From NCBI GenBank assembly GCA_013239625.1, contig MU053352.1, forward strand, positions 567,079-631,078: DNA of 64,000 bases, read 5' to 3'. Position 1 is the first letter of the stretch, and each line of letters starts with the position of its first letter. The notes beneath the pieces were generated by a model. It ran no database searches. It was not told the origin of the DNA and saw only the letters and a list, made by a program, of their open reading frames with translations. Made by a program: the position numbers and the translations under genes. This DNA comes from Lama guanicoe (taxonomy: Eukaryota). This document shows, piece after piece, positions 1-10,860 of this stretch.

Positions 1-699
1 GGGGGGGGGGGGGGGGCGGTGGTGAGACACGCTGGGAAGATGAGCTATGAAACGGGGGGCACCTGGGCGGGGCGGGGCGGTCCCCACCTTGTTGCTACCA
101 GCACTTCCCCAAGTTAACGTCTCCCAGGGCCCCTGGAGCCTCCCGCCCTCATTCTCCACTAAGTTTCACACGTGCACAGTCGACACCATCATTTCATGGG
201 CTGCTTTTTCAATACAAACGCACATGGCTATTACGAAGAGTAATCTCTGTGCTTTGTCCTGCCTTTCCTTTCCATTTTCCTGTGGCCATGACTAACGTCA
301 CTTTTGAAGAAAGTGAATAAATTGAATTCTTTGTGTAAAGCAAGCAGGGGAGACCCAGGGTGGAGAAGGTGAAGACTGTTCTGTTTATGTGCCAGTAGCT
401 CTTCTACACACTCACTCACAGCCAGAGCAGCTGAAATCCATTCTGAAATGTTTTAAGTGTGGAAACGCCTAGGAACGGGCATGTGGGGAGCCACTGGGAA
501 CCTGTAATCCCCACTGGGGTCCCAGGAGGAAGGTCCTGGGGAGTAAGATGGGAAGAAAGCTGGGGCCACAGTGTAGAGTTCTCTTTAAACAGGGAGTCCA
601 CGTGTTGGCCAGAAGCGGCTTTGGTTCATGGTGTGTGTGGTGGGGCATCAGGTGTAGATGCTAGGTTTTTCCTCACCCCGTGTTCCCTTCTGCCCTCAG

Positions 700-871
700 A
701 CCTGCAATGCTTCTTTTGCCACCCGAGACCGTCTGCGATCCCACCTGGCCTGTCATGAAGACAAGGTGCCCTGCCAGGTGTGCGGGAAGTACCTGCGGGC
801 AGCGTACATGGCGGACCACCTGAAGAAGCACAGTGAGGGGCCCAGCAACTTCTGCAGCATCTGTAACCGAG
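700..871 (+). CDS. PATZ1: PATZ1 internal coding exon (human exon 3 equivalent), C2H2 zinc fingers
   Basis: ctcag|ACC acceptor and CGAG|gtaacc donor; encodes TCNASFATRDRLRSHLACHEDKVPCQVCGKYLRAAYMADHLKKHSEGPSNFCSICNR, matching PATZ1/MAZR; 172 nt. Confidence 0.97.
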
Positions 872-3800
872 GTAACCTCCCTGCCACTCCCGCACGTCCA
901 GGGGATGGGCCTGAGCTTGTGTGGGAGGCCGGGGGGTGTCTGACCACCCTGCCTCAGACCCCACTCTTTGTATGGCCAGCCCTCCCTTCCCACTGAACGA
1001 TAAACACCTTCATCCTGCAGCTAGCTGTGTGTCACCCCTTCCTTCCCAAGCAACTTGGGGTGCTTGGAATGGGAGATCCACAGGTGGGAACAAAAGAGTG
1101 TTGTTCCCAGACTTGGGCCCACGACACACCTGCTGCCTGGGTGGCAGGATGGATGCACTGAACTGCCGAGGTTGGCAGGAGTCATTAGGCCCCCAAAGGT
1201 GGGAGGAAAAGGGGTCCTGCTTGAGAGCTGTTGCTGCCTGGCTCACCGGCATGTGGAAGTCAGCAGCCAGGGAGGAGATTGAGTCTGGAGATGGACAAGG
1301 GCTGAGACTTTCTAGCACAGATGCTCGGAAGAGCCCAGACCGACCCACGGCCCTGAGGAGAGCAGGAAGTGGCAGGTGCTCGGAGCAGGGCAGCGTGCTC
1401 GTGGCCAAGGTCAGCCTAGGTGGCATCTGGCTGCGTGGCCCCAGTGTTGTGTTGGATGAAGTCAGGCCTGTTCCTGAGCTTCTGCCAGGGCTAGTTGGCT
1501 GCCGGAAGGGCTGAGGTCCTTGTTTTGTGAGCTCAGTGTCAGTGAAGGAGGCTTGTGACAGAGGTCGGGGGCAGCGGTCTGGTGGGCATGAGGACGCTTC
1601 TGCACGGTGCGCTTGCTTTGGCCAGGCCGGGACGTGGCTGGGAAGTCCTGTCTCCTGAGACAGTCTTGTCCCAGTGCTTCTGGAAGTCTTGGGTGTGGTG
1701 GCTTAGTGGATTGGATGCTGAACCAGGAGGCGGGGGAACAAGGGTTTAGCTGGCCCCTCCCACCTCACCCTGTGATGTGACCTGAGCCCCCACCTTCCCC
1801 TCTCTAAGCCTCAGTCTCACCATCTCTAGGGGGTTGAGAACACCCCGTTTGCCCACCTCACAGGGCTGCTGTGAGTACCTGGGGGCGCAGGTAGGTGAAG
1901 GTTCTCTGAACCCCTCAAGGGGCAGCGCACTTGGGACATCCTCCTTGTACTCAGTAATGGTTAGCAAAGACACAGCTCGCTGACACTCTGGTTTGAAGCA
2001 GGCACAAGCCCCTACAGCCTTTTGCTGGCATCTTTGAGTCCCATGCTGTCTCCACATGCTCTGCGGTCACTGGTGGAGGGAGACGGCTAAGGAGCTGGGT
2101 GTTCCTGGTGCCCTGAGCTGGTCTCACCCCAGACTGCACACCTGGGGTTTGCCTTGAAGTCCCCTGGATGTCGATGCTTGTACCACTGGGAGACCTGCTG
2201 TGAAAGCAGGGAGGTGGTCCTAAAAGCTGCTTAAGCATCTGTCCTGTTTCCTGACACATCAGAAGAGCCGTTTCTGGCAGGAGCTCCCCCGAGAGCTGGC
2301 AGTGGGGCTGTGCGTGGAGGGAGTGATCAGGCTGTGGTTTTCCATCCCGACTGTGGCGGCCCCATCTCTGGGAAAAGATGGTTCCTTGTCTTGCTTCGTC
2401 CTAACCTGGCTTCCTGACAGCGCTCCAAAGAGCTCTGAACCTGCCACAGCATGCCGTCAGCGGGCTGTTAGTCAGGTTCTCCGGGTTGAAGTTCTCAGCC
2501 TGATAATTGGGGTCAGAGGCCAGAGGCGGGAAACCAGTGAGAATGGAGGAGGACGTCCAAGAGATGAAGCCTGGATTACAGGGCAGGGGTTGGGGAGGGC
2601 TGGATGGGGGACCCAGGGCCACAGCCCCCAGGGGCCCCACTCAGGAGGAAAGAAGAGCTGAGAGCAGCAGGGAACGGCCGGGAACGGCGACCCAGTTAGG
2701 AGGCAGCTGACGCAGCAAAGCTGACGGCTGTCATGCATCAGGACTTGTTTTCCCCGGACAGCGGCCACAGGCTCCACGGCCGGGGCGGGGGGCCGGGGGA
2801 GTAAAACCAGAGTCCAGCTTTTCTTGGGAAAGTCAAGACTGGATCTGGATTGTCAGAGGAGGAAGTCCTGCTCCTCCAAGAAGACAGAAGAGGACTCCAG
2901 TCCATCCCCGCTGGGTACTTGGAAGGAAGAGAAAACAATTTTGGTCTTCATCAGGAGAGAAGGAGCAGGATTCTGCCTCTGGACTCATTTCTTGGGCAGA
3001 AACAGGGACAGTCTCCTCCCCGGCCCCCCCCCCCCCCCCAATTGAGACACTGGAATCAGAACGCAGACAGCTCTGGGCCGCCCTGTGCCCTGCCCGCCAC
3101 CAAGGCTGTGCACACAGGAGGAGCTGCAGGACTAAAAGGGTGTTCTTCTCTCCATGAGGCTTCAAGCAAAGGGTACTGTCAGCCAGACGTCCAGGCTGGA
3201 TCAGGTGAATTTCCAAGTACCCTCTGAGATCCTTCAGTCCCAGCAGTTCTTAAGCCATCACCATAACCACTTCCACACCTGCCTCCTTCCAGCCACGCAG
3301 GCAGCTCTTGCCTGTGAGGAACGGGAGGGGTTGCAGCCTGCTGCCCGGCGCCACGCCGGAGACAGGCGACCTTGTCGTTATCCCAGAGACATATCAGGAC
3401 ATGGGCCACACCATCTGGAGAGAAGATCATTTGCAGTGGGAGGAGTGTGATGGCTGCAAAAGCCTGTTCCCTCACTTTCAGGCTGTAGGAAATTAGTTGA
3501 GCTCAACAGTGGCAAGAACCTGGTAATCACGGTTTTTTTCTTTTTCAGTTTCTGTACTGGGTCTTTGTACGTGTGCGTATGTACTGGTAGGAGGCAGAGG
3601 GAGAGCTCGCTGGGAGTCTGCCTTTGACAGGGACAACATTTGGACTCATGTCATTGCTTAGGAGGTGGAGGAAGGCTTCTCTCCAGCCAGAGGCGAGCAC
3701 ACCAGTTGTCACCAAGGCCAGTCGTGGATGCAGACAGCCGGCTGTCCCCTGGACTGAGCCGACACAAGCCTACTTAGTGTCTCCCTCCAGCGTAGCATGG

Positions 3801-5191
3801 CCCAACAAGGTGTGGACAAGGAGGAAGCAGTCCCTGACCCCTGCATGGGCGTGCTTCTGGAGAGCGAATTATAGTACACGGGACAAAAAGGCACAGCAGA
3901 GGAGCAGTCGCCTCCTGCTAATAAATTCTCCATCTTTGGAGCGCGAGACAGGGTGGCTTGTCAGCAGTGGTGGAGTCATGTGTGTGTTCCGCGGCCCCGT
4001 CACTCCGATGCCTGTGTCAGGCTGCCTCTTTGGTTCTCAGTGAATCAGTGGTGAACCAGCAGGTGAGTTCAGAATCCCAGCCAAGTGTGTCTGGCTTCCG
4101 AGATGTGTTCTCCTCAGAAACTCAGCTTCTGTTTTATCCCAGAACTTGGCTGCTGAGCTGCTCTGTGTTTAAATTCTGGGCTGGAGATGGCAGCTGTGGA
4201 CCCACGCCTGCCACCCGCCATGTGGTTTCGCTATAGATAGTAAGTCGTCTGCCGCTGGGGCAACGTCAGGGGGACCCCGCCACGTGGTCCCCAGACTGTA
4301 TTTCAGGAAGATGCAGTGAGTTTTCGCTGAGCATCTGCTGTATTCCCCCGGCACAGCTCTTCCCACAAGGAGTAAGCGTAATAGTCCCCTTCTTTCTTGT
4401 CCCTTTTGACTGCAGTGGCCCTACCCTGGTGCACCATGGAGAGGGATTCAGACCACTTCAGAGGCTCCATGAGGGATTAAAAAACAAAAACAAAGTTCCC
4501 TCCTAAAGTGGTATCATCCTATCGGTCAGAAAGTCCGGATGTCTTTCTTATGCTGGTTTCCAGGACCACAGTACCATCCACGGGGCAGGGCTGAGGTCCT
4601 CTGTCCCGTGAGCCTCGTCTGCTCCTTCCTGACTGCAGCCTCCCTTGTAGGAATGTTTATATGGGACCCTCTGAAGCCAGGCTGTCCCAAGCTCGGCCCC
4701 AGGCAGACCACTCGGTCACAGAAGGACGACGTGCTTTACCAGGCAGGACAGGACACCAGCATCTGGTCCAGGCAGGTCTTCTTTCTTGGGAAAGGAAGGA
4801 AAATTCACCCAGTCCCCCATTTCCCTCCAGCACCGCTGACTGCTGTTCTCAGGGGAGAGTCTGTCAAATAAGATTCCCACAGGTCAGCCCCCGGCTACTA
4901 GCAGCTGCCTCTCTGATCCACCAACCTGGCAGGGAGATATAGGGCTGTAAATGGTGATAATGAAGCCTGTTGCAGAAGCCCAAGGGGGGTTTCCAGGGCC
5001 AGGACAAAAGCTCAGGGACCATTAGAGAGGCTGCCTGGTGGGGAAGAACCACATGGTGGCATGTGGTCCTGGGCCTAGAGTCCAGGCTCTACTGTGTGGC
5101 AGCTGCACACGTGGCCACGAGGTCCAGAGTGACACACGGGATGCGTGGGGCCCTGGCACACTTTAGTCACTCACTGGAGGTGGGCTTTATT

Positions 5192-5536
5192 TTTTTATTT
5201 GTTGTTCATTTTTTTAATTGAAGTAGCACTGGTTTACGACGTGGTGTTAATTTCTGGTGTACAGCACGGTGATTCAGTTACACATATATGTATTCCTTTC
5301 CTGTTTTCATTATAGGCTATGATAAGATGCTGAATGCAGCTCCCCGTGCTATTACAGTAGGACCTTGTTTATCTGGTTTCGTGAAGATTTTCCTTGTAGT
5401 TACAGTTGTACAAGGGCTCCTGCCAAAGTTGCAAGGGATTCTGTGAGAACTGATCCACCTGTAGGTGTACTTTTGATGTATTCGTGGGAGAGGGTGAGCT
5501 CCGCGTCCTCTTGTTCCGCCATCTTGAAGCCCTTCT
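5192..5536 (-). mobile_element. Internally deleted L1: 5' UTR start (5536-5375) joined to 3' UTR end and A-tail (5374-5192)
   Basis: Minus strand begins cttcAAGATGGCGG...gagctcaccctctcccacgaatacatc (recalled cetartiodactyl L1 5' end with YY1 motif), then switches to agataaacaaggtcctactgta...ctgaatcaccgtgctgtacaccagaaa (L1 3' end); degenerate TSD 5176-5191 / 5538-5553. Confidence 0.75.
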
Positions 5537-6742
5537 TGAAGGTGGAATTTATTAGAGTTCCAGTAGCATTGCAAAGGCCAGGCCAATTCAGATATTTAAA
5601 AAATAAGTCTTGTGCAGACATTACAAAGTATTCTCCAGCCTCCAGCCCATCAGCGGTGGCTCCTACCGTTACACTGTGGCTGTAACTTAACGAGGGAATG
5701 AAAGTGACTGAAGCTGGGTCAACCACATATGGAGCGAGTTAAACGGACACCGTCAGGGCCCTAGTGCCCCAGGTAGGCCTGACGCCCGAAAGTGTGAAGG
5801 CTCTCGGATCCTTGACTGTGGTCGAGATTTGATGTCACAGCTCCTTCCTGTGAAACCCAAGGGGACATCCTCTGACGGGCCCACCTGGTTCCATATCCTC
5901 GGACTCGTGGCTGGTGCAGAAGTTGGCCCGAGATGTGTTCATCCTGGCCTAGGGTATCTGGCAGCTCAAACTCACCGGAGCATCTGGGCTGGGCTGGAGC
6001 AACTCCAAGATGGCCGGATTGCCCCTCCCTTAGAATAAAGGCAACGGTGCCCCCTGCTTCTTCTTCCTTAAGTGAAGCTGATGGATCCTCCAGAACCAAC
6101 CAGAAAGTCCACCGTGAATAAGAGATGACTGCACCCCTTTAACATAACTTCCTATTTTCACTCTTCTTCAAAAGGTCTAAGCAGTTACTAAATCCAGTTA
6201 TTCTGACCGTGAGGAAGTTAGCAAAACAGAAGGTGCCCTGACAGATAGAAGAAAGGGGGCTCCCAGAGGCGTGTCTCTGGGAATCTGTCCTGCCTCCGTC
6301 CGGTTTCTTGTGCAGGCGATTTACCTTCACAAGTGTTGGTGGGCATCCTGCTCCTGGAGTCCACGGCCGCCCTGGAACCCTGTGTATTTTCCCGGCTACA
6401 TTTCTAGCCATGGTCCCTGCAGCTGGTCTGGGGCTGTGGGACATCCGCTCAAACCACTTGTAATCGAGGCATCAAGCAAGCCTAGAGGCATTTGGCCTCT
6501 GGCCCTGGCAGGATCGCAGGCCATCCCTCCAGCCTTGCAGAGCGGGCTCTGCAGAGAAGCCGACTCGTGGACAGTGCCACCCTCCCTCCTGAGCCAGGGG
6601 GCTCCTGTGGTTGCAGCATTTTTCAGCCAAGAGGGGCCCCTTCTAGGAATGCTAGCCAGTGCGGCCAGAGGAGAGGCATGGGGGAAGCAGAGAGGTATCT
6701 GTGTGCTGGCCGCGGGATCTCATCTCCTTTTGTCTTGTTTAG

Positions 6743-6880
6743 GTTTCTCCTCTGCCTCCTACTTAAAGGTCCATGTTAAAACCCACCACGGTGTTCCCCT
6801 TCCCCAGGTCTCCAGGCACCAGGAGCCCATCCCGAATGGGGGAGCAGCGTTCCACTGCGCCAGGACCTATGGCAACAAAG
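6743..6880 (+). CDS. PATZ1: PATZ1 alternatively spliced exon 4 (completes a C2H2 finger)
   Basis: tttag|GT acceptor; GFSSASYLKVHVKTHHGVPLPQVSRHQEPIPNGGAAFHCARTYGNK; 138 nt; donor is AAG|gcaagc (GC type); internal alternative acceptor at 6807/6808. Confidence 0.93.
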
Positions 6881-8268
6881 GCAAGCGACCCCTTGCTCTG
6901 CACTTTGCTTCTCTGCGCAGACTGTGGCGTGGGGGCGCTGGGCCGGGCGTGGGGAGGCGGGAAGGCTGCCGGCTTGCTGGCCGCCTCGAGGAGGCTCGAG
7001 ATCTGAGTGGCAGTGGCCTCCAGGACAGAAGTCACAGTAGGTCCCTCACTCCAGGGCACTGCCGAGATCCAGCCCCCGCCTCCTCTTCCCCAGCCCTCCT
7101 CCCTGGCTCCTGGCCCGCCCCCGCCGTCTGGAGCCCTGCAGGGATGTCCCGGGCCCAGGGCAGAAGAGAGCCCTGCATGACGAGTCTCTGGGCCTGTCCG
7201 TTGCCTGTGGCCCATTAAGGATGGCGTGGAGCTGCGGCTGGATGCTTTCTTCTCCTCTGACCCTGGGTGAGGGGAGCCAAGGGCCGGCTTCCCCCTCCAG
7301 CGGGGTGATTGGTTGCTGTGCGCAGCCCTGTCCAGAGAGCCTCTGGCTGCATTTGTGAGATGCATGGCGCTGCCTCTGAGTTGGTTTACGTCGCGCTCCC
7401 TAGGCCCCACCTACAGGTGTTGATTCAGGTTGTTCTGTGGTATTTCAAGTGGTTGTCGCCTTGGGGATGGCACCAGGGGCCTGGCAGGCGGCAGAGATGG
7501 CATGCTCCACGCTCCCATCACAGACTCCCTTCCCGCCCAGCATGGCTCTCTGACCCCAGGCAGGAAGCTGCTCTCGGTGGAGGACTCACGTGGGCTGGGC
7601 AAGGCTGATCAGCGAGGACTGTCTTGAGGTCCCTCTTGTCCTGGGCCCTGCATAGGGACAGCAGCTGATGGAGTTGTTCAGTTCCTTTTGAGGTCTGTGT
7701 TTTGGCCGCTTGGCCTGGAAGGACTCCGGCAGGCGGAGGCTGTGAGGGCAGGGCCTGTGTTTGCAGCACTGGGGAAAGGACTGGCTCTGGCTCAGCTGTC
7801 GATGGGGTCTGCTGGGTTGAGGAGCTGGCGGCTCTGGTTCTGCTGTGCTAGGGTGCAGCCGGTCTGGTGCAGAGGTGAGGCCACTGACATACCTGCTCCT
7901 GTCATCATGGCAGCTGTTTGACCCGCAGAGGTGCCCAAGGGAGCGCCTAGGAGTTGGGGGTCTCTGGGTTGTCCTGGGCAGAAGCAGCGGAGGTCCCCCC
8001 TCCAGACCGTCTCCTTGACGCAGGCCGACATGGTGGTGAGCGGTACTTGTGTGCCTGCATGCAGCGTCCTCAGCTGGGGAGGCCGGCAGCCCCGGGCCCT
8101 GCATCTCACCCCCGATGGACCAGCCGAACCTCGGTGGGCTCTGCCAGGGCGGTGGCCGGCCGCCGGCTGCCCTCCACGCACCTGTGAGCTGGCCCCTCAC
8201 CACCCCTCCAGGAGGGGGCATCTCTGGAGCCCGGCCTCACCGCTCCTCTGTGTTCTGCTTCCTCCTAG

Positions 8269-8687
8269 AAGGCCAGAAATGCTCGCATCAGGATCCGATT
8301 GAGAGCTCTGACTCCTACGGCGACCTCTCGGACGCCAGCGACCTGAAGACGCCGGAGAAGCAGAGCAGCAATGGCTCCTTCTCCTGCGACATGGCGGTCC
8401 CCAAAAACAAAATGGAAGCTGACGGGGAGAAGAAGTACCCCTGCCCCGAGTGTGGGAGCTTCTTCCGCTCCAAGTCCTACTTGAACAAACACATACAGAA
8501 GGTGCATGTCCGGGCCCTCGGGGGCCCCCTGGGGGACCTGGGCCCCGCCCTGGGCTCACCCTTCTCTCCCCAGCAGAACATGTCTCTCCTCGAGTCCTTC
8601 GGGTTCCAGATCGTTCAGTCAGCGTTTGCGTCGTCACTGGTGGATCCCGAGGTGGACCAGCAGCCCATGGGGCCCGAGGGCAAGTGA
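8269..8687 (+). CDS. PATZ1: PATZ1 terminal coding exon (last C2H2 finger and C-terminus)
   Basis: cctag|AA acceptor; EGQKCSHQDPIESSDSYGDL...YPCPECGSFFRSKSYLNKHIQKVH...QQPMGPEGK then TGA at 8685-8687. Confidence 0.97.
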
Positions 8688-9775
8688 GGCAGAGGCTGCG
8701 TCCCTGTCGGATCGGCCACCGGGGACCGCTGAGAAATGCTGTGAATGCGGAGGGAGGTGGTGTTTTTGGGTTCTGTAGCTGAGAGATTTTTATTCGTTTT
8801 TTTCTCCCCCTCCAGCCCTGTCACCCCACCCCTCCCCACCCCCCACCCCCAAGTGGTCTTTAGAAATAGAATCTCATCTGACGTTCGGCAGAATTACCTG
8901 CGAGACCCAGAATGGGACGAGGGCAGAAAACACTACATAGGCCTCTAAGGCAGCACCGGGGCCTGTTTCCTGATGGGCAGAAGCTGGAGCTCCTCCTGGT
9001 GTGCAGTCCTTAGTGACCCTGATCCCCAGCCCACACCTGACGGCTTTCTGGGACCTTGGTGATTTTGGTCCCTTCTCGCCTCTGGTCCCTCATTCCCCCT
9101 TCTAGCCCTCAAGAGAAACCACAGTAGGGTCTCCACCCACTTACACAATGCTGATGCCCAACTGTTTTTAAGGAAGCTGGAAGCCTACAGCACCCCATGG
9201 ACCATGGGGTGAGTGTCCTCTGAGAGCCCCTGAGCTTGTTGACCCTTGACCTGCGGGGCCCCAGACCTTTCTGAGCCCTGCTTGAAGGCTAGCATTTTGC
9301 CACTCGGACAAGCTTAGCAGTTGAGGATACACGCCCCCCAAATTCCAGTTCTGATATGTGATTTTAACCATTCAACTTGCTGTTGGGTTTTAATTCTCTA
9401 ATTATTATTATTATTGTTATTATTTTTTAGGACCAGTTGTAGTGAATTGCTACTGAAAGCTATCCCAGGTGATACAGAGCTCTTTGTAAACCGCAGTCAC
9501 ACGTTAGGGTTAGGATTAAACTTTGTTTAGATGTACCATAATTAACTTGGCTAGTTGATTGTTTGAAGTCTATGGAAGAAATAGTTTTATGCAGAATTTT
9601 AAAAATGCCAGTCTGGTCAGGGAGGTAGGGGGTTTCAGTGCTTTTGGAAGGCAGGCGGGCTGGCAGGTGGTGACATCGAACACCTCGGTTGTATCACATG
9701 TGGACAAGCCCAGGTTGACCCTGTGATGTGAACTGATCTGATCAGACTGTATTAAAAACGTTAGTACGTTACTCT
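8688..9775 (+). other. PATZ1: PATZ1 3' UTR
   Basis: Follows the stop codon; AU-rich block ~9340-9620; ATTAAA at 9515-9520 and 9751-9756; end position approximate. Confidence 0.75.
9751..9756 (+). terminator. Probable PATZ1 polyadenylation signal (ATTAAA)
   Basis: ATTAAA followed by a GT/T-rich downstream segment (gtctggtttttc ~9790). Confidence 0.65.
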
Positions 9776-10604
9776 GCCTGCTCCCCTGAGTCTGGTTTTT
9801 CGGCCGTGGGATCTCTGGGACCCAGAGGGTGGGTAGCCTACACTCCTGCACCTGGGTGGGGGCAGGAGACCTCTTGCTCTTCACTGCGCCAGTCCTGCTG
9901 CGATGGACAGGTGGATGTCCCCACTGCAGACTCAGCCACCAGCATGCACCCGCCCATCCACTCCTTGTCTTCACTGCTCTGGGCCACAGACCCTGGGGAT
10001 ACAGTGGTGCATGGGACACCCCTGTGGGAAACAGACAGTCAACAGTAAGGAGATTGGACCACAAGAGTTTAGATAAGGAGAAAAACCTGGCAAGGTAGGG
10101 ACGGTGTCAGCAGGAGAGTAGGTAGGTGGTCCAGGCCAGTGAGGGGCGGGGGTGGGACTCTGGGAGGGGGACCTGGAGTTTGAGGGGACCCAACAGAGCT
10201 AGGACCTAAGGAGGTACGTGGGCAGGGAGAAAATCCCCAAGGGGTGCTCAGAGAGGCTCAGCAACCTGAATCCCCCCAACCCTGTGTGACTCACGGGTGT
10301 GTGAGGAACAGGGGAGAGAACAGTAGACGGGCAGGAAGTGAGCATGACAGAGAATCACTGGGAACAAGAGACAATGCGAGGGGACAGGCAGACCCAGGCA
10401 GCCAGGGCGTCGAGGAGCCTGCAAGCGAGGGAGGACGGAAGCCCCCAAACCAACAGAAGCAAGTGGGAAGGAAACAGCAGAGTGACAAAGGGGAGAAGGA
10501 TAAACGTAGACCATGAAGAGCAAACAAAGCACAAGAGGATTCGGACCCAGTTTAGTATCAGTTGTTACACTGCTAGGGTCTAAAGGCACAGAGTCTGAGT
10601 TGGA

Positions 10605-10860
10605 TTTTTTCTCTTTTTCTTTTTTTTTAATTGAAATACAGTTGACATACAATATTACATTAGTTTCAGGTGCACCGCATAGTGACTTGATGTTTTCACG
10701 CACCACGAAGTGATCACGGCAAGTCTGGTAGCTCCCTGCCCCCAACCAGTCATTACAGTGTTACTGACCGTGCTCCCTGTGCTGTGTGTTACAGCCCTGC
10801 GGCTTGTTCGTTTTATACCTGGAGGTTTGTGCCTCTTAATCCCCTTCACCTATTTTTATG
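10605..10860 (-). mobile_element. Older L1 3' end fragment
   Basis: Poly-T then ttgaaatacagttgacatacaatattacattagtttcaggtg, a typical reverse-complemented L1 3' UTR; boundaries approximate. Confidence 0.75.

Noticed and set aside
1..80. G16 run and G-rich segment at the window start (possible G-quadruplex)
   Set aside because: Truncated by the window edge and homopolymer length is unreliable; no other support
5400..5726. 108-aa minus-strand ORF with protein-like composition (FKMAEQEDAELTL...)
   Set aside because: The segment is explained as an L1 5' UTR (AAGATGGCGG YY1 motif) plus flank, not a retrogene
6271..7218. 315-aa ORF, the longest in the window
   Set aside because: It is PATZ1 exon 4 plus open intronic flanks; the start is non-ATG and the flanks look like non-coding GC-rich sequence
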